Source: a virus
Virus genome (UHGV): UHGV-0204578
DNA length: 31,092 nucleotides
Direction: 5' to 3' (one strand)
Of the stretch, positions 25,094-31,092 are shown one piece after another. A program made the position numbers and the translations under genes. The first letter of the stretch is position 1; each line of letters starts with the position of its first letter. Under the pieces are notes generated by a model. The model worked only from the letters and a program-made list of their open reading frames with translations. It was not told where the DNA came from and did not search any database.

Positions 25094-25827
25094 GACAGTA
25101 ACCCTCGTGCTTTCAGATCGGCTTCACGTTCCTGCATTTTTTCCTGCCAGACTTTTCGCTGACCGGGCGTGGCCGCAACGTCATGCTCCATATGTGGCAG
25201 CGTGGAGGCCGCCAGCCCTGTTTTAAAAAGCACTGGTTCATCAGTCAGACGGATATTGCAGTCCTTCACCGCCTGCTCAAGCCATGATTTCACCTTATGC
25301 ATAACGGCATGCTCTGGTTCGACATAGCCCTGATGCCCGATGGTGTTGGCAAGCGGATTTTCTTTAACCAATATGCTGAGTTTCATTGCTCTAACGAGTG
25401 CGCCGCAGGTTTCACGTAGGGCGGCATCGAGTTCATGCTCTGCATACTGGCTGAGTACGCCGTGATGCGCCTGACGGTATGTTCTGGCCGTGCTGTCACA
25501 GGCTCCCCGAAGGCTGTCCAGCTCGAAAGACAGCACCTCAGCCATGTTGTCACATTCCAGTGCCAGCTCCCGCCGTGCCACGCGCGCAATATGGCGTTGT
25601 TTCAGCTCGTCGGTAATGACAGCACCACCGGCACGAAAGGCGGTGCGCCATGCACCGGAATCATTGCCGTTTTCCTGCTCCAGTTCAGTTTTTTGCGTTT
25701 TCACCTGGCTGATGGCCGTCGTGGTTTCGTCCATGCGTCGGGCATTGGTCAGATGTGCTTCTCTGGCCGTCTCAAGACTTTCTATTGCGGGTTTAAGGTA
25801 GTCGGGAATAACAGCGGTCTGAGTCAT
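25090..25827 (-). CDS. sid: Sid (capsid size determination external scaffold)
   Basis: 245 aa from ATG at 25827 (GAGGAGA RBS); position and length as P4 sid, upstream of delta and psu; helical, Gln/Glu-rich. The track ORF start at 25893 is an upstream extension. Confidence 0.75.
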   Translation of the reverse strand: MTQTAVIPDYLKPAIESLETAREAHLTNARRMDETTTAISQVKTQKTELEQENGNDSGAWRTAFRAGGAVITDELKQRHIARVARRELALECDNMAEVLSFELDSLRGACDSTARTYRQAHHGVLSQYAEHELDAALRETCGALVRAMKLSILVKENPLANTIGHQGYVEPEHAVMHKVKSWLEQAVKDCNIRLTDEPVLFKTGLAASTLPHMEHDVAATPGQRKVWQEKMQEREADLKARGLLS

Positions 25828-25899
25828 GTCGGGTCTCCTCTTCGTTTCAATCTGAGGAGATTCTGCCGCGCCGGACACAACAACACGATTCATTGCCGT

Positions 25900-25917
25900 T
25901 GTGGCAAAAATGGCACA
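25900..25917 (-). promoter_or_regulatory. Psid late promoter activator site (TGT-N12-ACA)
   Basis: tgtggcaaaaatggcaca centred about 81 bp upstream of the sid ATG; same dyad type as the helper late promoters. Confidence 0.6.
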
Positions 25918-26004
25918 AACAGACCTTAAAACCCGGCTGGCCAGAGAAAGGTCTCATGAAAACATTACTCACCGTTTGTTTTTTTACTTATAACTATTCA
26001 CTAC

Positions 26005-26114
26005 TGTTCACTGAAAAGAAAAAGATAAGTAATACAGTAAGTTAAAGGGTGAACAGTTGAAGGTCTGACTGTTCACCGTCTGTTCACCACTGTTCACCTT
26101 TCAGTTTGTTCAGC
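26005..26114. repeat. Iteron cluster (TGTTCACC type), candidate alpha-binding ori/crr element
   Basis: Exact TGTTCACC at 26070, 26081 and 26091 (10 to 11 bp spacing), inverted GGTGAACA at 26048, degenerate copies at 26005 and 26107. TGTTCACC is the P4 type I iteron. Confidence 0.65.
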
Positions 26115-26367
26115 CAGTCAGCCACTTAGACTTTTTGGCGATTAAAAAACAGAAGTATATAAACAAAAGTAATCAGCAATGGGCCACCGGTTTGCCAACG
26201 TTTGCCAAAAAACGGCCAACGTTTGCCACTGTATAAAAATCGCTCTGTTGTGTGGTGGAGTACTACAAAATGACTTGTTGCCCTGAGGGAAAATATTCAC
26301 AAAATAGAGAGCTACCCGAAGCCGGACGGACACGACCGGCACTGTATGGACTTTGTGAGGTAGCCCG

Positions 26368-26634
26368 ATGCACACCGTTTTTTCTTCCCCGTCTTCTGCC
26401 CCTGCCGCGCCGCTGATGCCGGTTTCTGATACCGTTCACGAACGCTTTATCCGTCTGCCCGAAGTGATGCATCTGTGCGGCCTGTCCCGCTCGACCATTT
26501 ACGACCTCATCAGCCGGGAAGCCTTCCCGAAACAAATCTCCCTCGGCGGAAAAAATGTGGCGTGGGCGCAGTCTGAAATCACTGCATGGATGGCGGATCG
26601 CATTGCCGAACGTAACCGGGGCTATGACGCATGA
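26368..26634 (+). CDS. alpA: AlpA/Vis-family small DNA-binding regulator
   Basis: 88-aa ORF with the AlpA-type HTH segment [49 protein letters not shown]. Confidence 0.75.
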   Translation: MHTVFSSPSSAPAAPLMPVSDTVHERFIRLPEVMHLCGLSRSTIYDLISREAFPKQISLGGKNVAWAQSEITAWMADRIAERNRGYDA

Positions 26635-26761
26635 TGATGATCGCTCAGCAAACAGCCCCTTTTTCTGGCTTGCTTCTTTTCGCCATTTCCAGGTATAGTT
26701 TTCCCGCTGTCGCAAAATCGACAGCCGGGCGTGGAAACCCGAGCAACTCGAAGGCGACACC

Positions 26762-26785
26762 AGACGCGCCATGCGTCTTTTTTTG
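26762..26785 (+). terminator. Intrinsic terminator inside an untranslated leader
   Basis: agacgc-gccat-gcgtct hairpin followed by TTTTTTT, in the roughly 400-bp gap between alpA and the next RBS-bearing start. Confidence 0.55.
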
Positions 26786-27032
26786 TGTCGCAACTAACGC
26801 CACAGAGCGCCAGATAATGGCGTGGTGTGCGGATCGTCGTGCAGACGTCACTTTGTGTCTCCTGTCCGCAATCGCATATCATGCTGTCATGTCAATGGTA
26901 GCTCAGGCGGGGCAGCCCTCGGGCTGGCCGGTATTCTTCGAGGCCGGTATTTCCACCCCCGTCTGGGCTATCGCCACTGAGCGTGGAAACTCCGGCGATA
27001 GCAATAATTTGCTACTCGAAGGAGGTTGCCTT

Positions 27033-27227
27033 ATGGCTACGACCCTCACCCCGTCACAGCCTCAGTTTGTCTTTGTGTTTGCCGCCGTCCGTCGTGCAGA
27101 CCGTAAGCCCCGTATCTGTATGCTCCGCACCGTTGCCGGTGACGAGCACGCCGCACGTCTTTCCCTCGTTCGCGATTACGTCCTCTCGTTCGCTGGCCGT
27201 CTGCCGGTTGCGGAGGTGCGCGCATGA
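27033..27227 (+). CDS. Hypothetical small protein (64 aa)
   Basis: ATG at 27033 preceded by AAGGAGG (7-nt spacing). The upstream in-frame 134 codons of track ORF 26631..27227 contain the terminator, look non-protein-like and are rejected. Confidence 0.5.
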   Translation: MATTLTPSQPQFVFVFAAVRRADRKPRICMLRTVAGDEHAARLSLVRDYVLSFAGRLPVAEVRA

Positions 27228-27451
27228 GACACACCACCATTACCGCCCGTGACCTCGAATGCCTTGAGCACATGCGCAACGTCGGCCAGCTCGTCAATGA
27301 GCTGATGCAGGTGCAGGACTGTACGGCCGTTCGTCGTGACCCTGCTCAGCAGTCACAGCTCACCTCCGTGATTTACCTTATGACCGCCCAGCTCGACGGC
27401 GTGGTTGAGCGCTGCAATCAGCACTGGCTGACCGGGGAGGGCAACGTATGA
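27224..27451 (+). CDS. Hypothetical small protein (75 aa)
   Basis: ATGA-coupled to the previous ORF, GGAGGTG RBS. Confidence 0.55.
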   Translation: MRHTTITARDLECLEHMRNVGQLVNELMQVQDCTAVRRDPAQQSQLTSVIYLMTAQLDGVVERCNQHWLTGEGNV

Positions 27452-27768
27452 AACAGCCATTACCGCCCGTATTACGCGCCGCGCTGTATCGTCGCGCCGT
27501 GGCCTGTGCATGGCTGACGGTGTGCGAATGCCAGCACCGCTACCCGCACCTCACCCTCGACGCGCTGGAAAGCGCCATTGCCGCCGAGCTGGAGGGCTTC
27601 TATCTGCGCCAGCACGGCGAGGAAAAGGGCCGTCAGATTGCCTGTGCATTACTGGAAGATTTAATGGAAGCCGGGCCACTGAAAGCCGCGCCGTCACTGT
27701 CCTTTCTCGGGCTCGCGGTGATGGATGAACTTTGCGCCCGTCACATCACATCGCCTGTACTGCACTGA
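27448..27768 (+). CDS. Hypothetical protein (106 aa)
   Basis: ATGA-coupled to the previous ORF, directly upstream of alpha. Confidence 0.55.
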   Translation: MKQPLPPVLRAALYRRAVACAWLTVCECQHRYPHLTLDALESAIAAELEGFYLRQHGEEKGRQIACALLEDLMEAGPLKAAPSLSFLGLAVMDELCARHITSPVLH

Positions 27769-27782
27769 GGGAGAAAATAACA

Positions 27783-30116
27783 ATGAAAATGAATGTAACG
27801 GAAACCGTAAAACAGGCCTGCGGCCACTGGCCGCGCATTCTCCCGGCGCTGGGTGTGAAGGTCATTAAAAACCGCCATCAGGCCTGCCCGGTATGCGGCG
27901 GCTCTGACCGCTTTCGCTTTGACGATAAAGAGGGGCGCGGCACGTGGTTCTGTAACCAGTGCGGCGCGGGTGACGGCCTTAAACTGATTGAGAGGGTATT
28001 CGATGTATCTGCCTCAGAGGCCGCCCAAAAGGTGAATGCTGTCACCGGCAACCTGCCGCTGGTTGCCCCGGAGGTGATTGCGGCCGCAGAGGCTGAAACC
28101 GATGCCGACCGCAAAGCGGCGGCCGAGCTGGCCGTAAAACTCATGGAGAAGACCCGCACGGCTGCCGGCAATGCCTACCTGACCCGCAAGGGCTTCCCCG
28201 ATAGTGAATGTGTGATGCTGACGGCCACACATAAAACCGGCGGTGTGACGTACAGTGCCGGGGATTTGGTTGTTCCGCTGCATGACCATTCCGGCGCGCT
28301 GGTTAATCTTCAGCTTATCAATGCTGAGGGTCTCAAACGCACCCTGAAAGGCGGCGCGGTGAAAGGGGCATGCCATATCATCGAAGGGCAGAAACAGGCA
28401 GGAAAACGCCTGTGGATAGCAGAGGGCTATGCAACAGCACTCACCGTGCATCACCTGACTGGCGAAACCGTCATGGTGGCGCTGTCGTCCGTGAACCTTC
28501 TTTCTCTGGCGAGCCTTACCCGACAAAAGCACCCGGCCTGTCAGATTGTCCTCGCCGCCGACCGCGACCTCAGCGGGAACGGCCAGACCAAAGCCGCAGC
28601 GGCTGCACTGGCTTGTGAGGGCGTTGTTGCCCTGCCGCCGGTATTTGGTGACTGGAATGATGCGTTTATGCAGCAGGGTGAGGACGCCACACGCAAAGCT
28701 GTCTATGGTGCCGTCCAGCCAGCCACACAAAGCCCGTTCGACACCATGAGCGAAGCCGAATTTACCGCCATGAGCGCCAGCGACAAGGCTTTGCGGGTAC
28801 ATGAGCATTACGGCGAAGCGCTGGCGGTGGATGCGAACGGCCAGCTCCTGTCCCGCTATGAAAACGGCATCTGGAAAAATATCCCTGCCGCCACTTTTTC
28901 ACGGAATGTGGCTGATTTATTCCAGCGCTTACGCGCCCCGTTCTCATCCGGGAAAATCGCCTCGGTGGTGGAGACCCTGAAACTGATTATTCCGCAGCAG
29001 GATACACCTGCGCGCCGTCTGATTGGTTTTCGTAACGGGGTGCTGGATACCCAAAGCGGGATATTCAGCCCACACAGCAAATCGCACTGGCTGCGCACCC
29101 TGTGCGATGTGGATTTTACCCCGCCGGTGGACGGGGAAACGCTGGAGACGCACGCGCCGAACTTCTGGCGCTGGCTCGACCGTGCGGCCGGTAAAAATCC
29201 ACAAAAACGCGACGTGATTCTGGCCGCGCTGTTTATGGTGCTGGCGAACCGTTACGACTGGCAGCTCTTTCTCGAAGTCACCGGTCCCGGTGGAAGCGGT
29301 AAAAGTATTCTGGCCGAAATTGCGACCCTGCTCGCCGGGGAAGATAACGCCACGTCAGCCGATATCGACACACTGGAAGACCCGCGCAAGCGTGCCTCCC
29401 TGATTGGCTTCTCGCTTATCCGTCTGCCAGACCAGGAAAAATGGAGCGGTGACGGCGCAGGACTTAAGGCCATCACCGGCGGCGATGCGGTCTCAGTTGA
29501 CCCGAAATACCAGAACCCATACTCAACACATATTCCGGCGGTGATTCTGGCCGTGAACAACAACCCCATGCGCTTCACCGACCGCAGCGGCGGTGTGTCG
29601 CGCCGCCGGGTGATTATCCACTTCCCGGAGCAGATTGCGCCGGAGGAACGCGACCCGCAGCTCAGGGATAAAATTGCGCGCGAGCTGGCCGTGATTGTGC
29701 GCCAGCTTATGCAGAAATTCAGCGACCCGATGACTGCACGCGCACTGCTCCAGTCGCAGCAGAACTCCGACGAGGCACTCAGCATCAAGCGCGATGCTGA
29801 CCCGACGTTTGATTTTTGCGGCTATCTGGAAATGCTCCCGCAGACCAACGGGATGTTTATGGGGAATGCCAGCATCATCCCGCGTAATTATCGTAAATAT
29901 CTCTATCATGCGTATCTGGCCTATATGGAGGCCAACGGATACAGAAACGTGCTCAGCCTGAAAATGTTCGGGCTGGGGCTGCCCATGATGCTGAAAGAGT
30001 ACGGCCTGAATTATGAGAAGCGGCACACCAAGCAGGGGATACAGACTAACCTGTCGCTGAAAGAGGAAAGCTACGGCGACTGGCTGCCTAAGTGCGACGA
30101 ACCCACAGCGATATAA
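27783..30116 (+). CDS. alpha: Alpha primase-helicase (P4 alpha family)
   Basis: Starts MKMNVTETVKQ... (GAGGGAG RBS), giving 777 aa, the P4 alpha length as I remember it. N-terminal zinc-binding primase motif CPVCGGSDRFRFDDKEGRGTWFCNQCGAGDG; Walker A GPGGSGKS in the helicase domain. Confidence 0.9.
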   Translation: MKMNVTETVKQACGHWPRILPALGVKVIKNRHQACPVCGGSDRFRFDDKEGRGTWFCNQCGAGDGLKLIERVFDVSASEAAQKVNAVTGNLPLVAPEVIAAAEAETDADRKAAAELAVKLMEKTRTAAGNAYLTRKGFPDSECVMLTATHKTGGVTYSAGDLVVPLHDHSGALVNLQLINAEGLKRTLKGGAVKGACHIIEGQKQAGKRLWIAEGYATALTVHHLTGETVMVALSSVNLLSLASLTRQKHPACQIVLAADRDLSGNGQTKAAAAALACEGVVALPPVFGDWNDAFMQQGEDATRKAVYGAVQPATQSPFDTMSEAEFTAMSASDKALRVHEHYGEALAVDANGQLLSRYENGIWKNIPAATFSRNVADLFQRLRAPFSSGKIASVVETLKLIIPQQDTPARRLIGFRNGVLDTQSGIFSPHSKSHWLRTLCDVDFTPPVDGETLETHAPNFWRWLDRAAGKNPQKRDVILAALFMVLANRYDWQLFLEVTGPGGSGKSILAEIATLLAGEDNATSADIDTLEDPRKRASLIGFSLIRLPDQEKWSGDGAGLKAITGGDAVSVDPKYQNPYSTHIPAVILAVNNNPMRFTDRSGGVSRRRVIIHFPEQIAPEERDPQLRDKIARELAVIVRQLMQKFSDPMTARALLQSQQNSDEALSIKRDADPTFDFCGYLEMLPQTNGMFMGNASIIPRNYRKYLYHAYLAYMEANGYRNVLSLKMFGLGLPMMLKEYGLNYEKRHTKQGIQTNLSLKEESYGDWLPKCDEPTAI

Positions 30117-30125
30117 CCTACCTCA

Positions 30126-30149
30126 GACCGGCAACAGCCGGTCTTTTCC
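30126..30149 (+). terminator. Intrinsic terminator after alpha
   Basis: agaccggc-aaca-gccggtct followed by TTTTCC. Confidence 0.6.
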
Positions 30150-30168
30150 TTTCTGGCCATTGCCACAG

Positions 30169-30455
30169 GGTGAACAATCCACTGCTCACCCTTCACCGTA
30201 TATTCACCCTGTATCACCATGAAATTATTGATAAAAAACCAGAGGTGAACAGTGTGAACAGTAAAACCTGAAAAAACTTTTTATCACCCCTCACATCGCC
30301 TGAGCGGACGGTTCCAGAACGAGCACAAATCACAAAGGTGAAGAGTCGACTGTTCACTCTTCACCAACCATTCACCACTTATCATTATGATATTAAAAAG
30401 AAAAAAAGAGAGGTGAACAGTGTGAACAGTTAAATGCAAAAAAACTTTTTTTTAA
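30169..30455. repeat. Two tandem ~168-bp repeats, each carrying TGTTCACC-type iterons (crr-like cis replication region)
   Basis: Units starting near 30169 and 30337 are clearly homologous; GAGGTGAACAGTGTGAACAGT occurs in both (30242 and 30410), with several TTCACC/GGTGAA half-iterons. Confidence 0.65.
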
Positions 30456-30514
30456 TGCGTTCCATTCAAAAAAACAGGTTTGCAAAACCAAAGTAAACAC
30501 TACAGCAAATCGCC

Positions 30515-30536
30515 ATTGGTATACGCTTAGGTATAC
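30515..30536. repeat. Third copy of the 22-bp GGTATAC-containing arm motif near the satellite right end
   Basis: ATTGGTATACGCTTAGGTATAC; one mismatch to 21061..21082. Confidence 0.5.
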
Positions 30537-30735
30537 AACTGAAAGTTGAATTGATAAATATTCAATAAAATCAAAATATTGAGAAAAATTTTCAGACTCC
30601 GCCAGCCCAATCATGATTGGACGGTGTAAGGACAACACCAACAAAAACAGGAAGTTAGAAGTCTCAGCAAAACACCGACCAGACGGTGAGGAGACATAAA
30701 AGGATACGCAAAGGAGCCGCGGCTCCTGGTAACAT

Positions 30736-30760
30736 GAAAGCCCACAGATGTGGGCTTTTT
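30736..30760. terminator. Intrinsic terminator between satellite end and flanking gene
   Basis: aaagcccaca-gat-gtgggcttttt; 10 bp downstream of the stop of the minus-strand flanking gene. Confidence 0.6.
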
Positions 30761-30769
30761 CGTTGATGG

Positions 30770-31092
30770 TCAGAACGACCAGTTCACACCAGCTACCGCG
30801 TTCCACGGGGATTCCACACCGGCACTATGGCTATACCCCACCCCAAGATGCCCGCTTAACGTACTGCTGAATGAGGCTTTAATACCTGCCTGGTATATTC
30901 CACGTCTGCCCGACAAATAATTGACGAAATTACCGTCACTATTCACTTTCACCCGGTTATCATCGACAAATTCTTTGCGCACAGCCGCCTTCAGCCACGG
31001 CTCAACTTCCATGCCGTTCCCCAGACGCATGTTGTAACTCAGCGTTGCGCCCAGTTCACGATATATACTGCGGGTATCGACTGATTTCGATT
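30770..31092 (-). CDS. 3' end of a probable outer-membrane beta-barrel / autotransporter gene (5' part beyond window end)
   Basis: Frame stays open upstream of the track M to the window edge (my translation ...SVDTRSIYRELGATLSYNMRLGNG...). C-terminus ...VGYSHSAGVESPWNAVAGVNWSF ends in an aromatic-x-F beta-barrel signature. Confidence 0.45.
   Translation of the reverse strand, partial: SKSVDTRSIYRELGATLSYNMRLGNGMEVEPWLKAAVRKEFVDDNRVKVNSDGNFVNYLSGRRGIYQAGIKASFSSTLSGHLGVGYSHSAGVESPWNAVAGVNWSF

Larger units (their letters stand above)
20905..30620. mobile_element. P4-type phage satellite (int, cargo cassette, cos, psu-delta-sid, alpA-like, alpha primase-helicase, iterons); right boundary approximate
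   Basis: Full P4 prophage gene order next to the ssrA core; left end defined by the core, right end inferred from the arm repeat at 30515..30536 and a degenerate core-like match at about 30596..30616. Confidence 0.75.

Noticed and set aside
26005-26114. CRISPR array (short direct repeats at 26005..26114 and 30169..30455)
   Set aside because: Repeats are 8-bp TGTTCACC iterons with 2 to 3 bp spacers, some inverted, with no cas genes. Pattern fits P4-type alpha-binding iterons.
26252-26268. A further TGT-N12-ACA late promoter (P4 PLL-like) upstream of alpA
   Set aside because: The closest match (tgtggtggagtactaca) has an 11-nt spacer. I also found no convincing dyad for the helper P promoter. 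Not reported as features.
26631-27227. Track ORF as a single 198-aa protein starting ATGATGATG at the alpA stop
   Set aside because: The first ~134 codons contain an intrinsic terminator and tandem repeats and have odd composition. A strong AAGGAGG RBS precedes the internal ATG at 27033. Called as a 64-aa gene preceded by an untranslated leader.

Overview
The window is a tandem helper-satellite phage array at the 3' end of the tmRNA gene (ssrA) in an enterobacterial chromosome. (1) Positions 1 to ~20949 are the right-hand ~21 kb of a P2/186-family prophage, partial at the window start. On the minus strand it carries tail fibre H (N-terminal part, read by my own translation), baseplate I/J/W/V, tail completion S/R, the lysis cassette (lysC nested in lysB, lysA, endolysin K, holin Y), X, L, M, N and O. 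P and Q (terminase large subunit, portal) are divergent on the plus strand, followed by a cos site. Next come a LexA-box-controlled small-ORF plus dinI-like operon, replication initiator A, Dam methylase, several small early genes, a 186-type cII/apl | cI/int switch, and a tyrosine integrase reading toward a 45-nt copy of the ssrA 3' end (20905..20949). (2) Positions ~20905 to ~30620 are a complete-looking P4-type satellite: P4-family integrase, an AT-rich two-gene cargo cassette, cos, psu-delta-sid (minus strand), a divergent control region, an AlpA-like regulator, small ORFs, the alpha primase-helicase (777 aa), and two clusters of TGTTCACC iterons. (3) The last ~320 bp are the 3' end of a probable outer-membrane beta-barrel/autotransporter gene running off the window. 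The most interesting element is the uncharacterised soluble-plus-4TM gene pair at 22359..23893, sitting in the satellite's variable int-to-cos locus where defence systems are typically carried; I could not match it to any family from sequence alone. Helper and satellite share a 22-bp identical cos core and the same late-promoter TGT-N12-ACA dyad type. All protein identifications rest on remembered similarity to P2, 186 and P4 proteins and on motifs; no database search was run. Non-CDS coordinates were hand-counted and may be off by a base or two.
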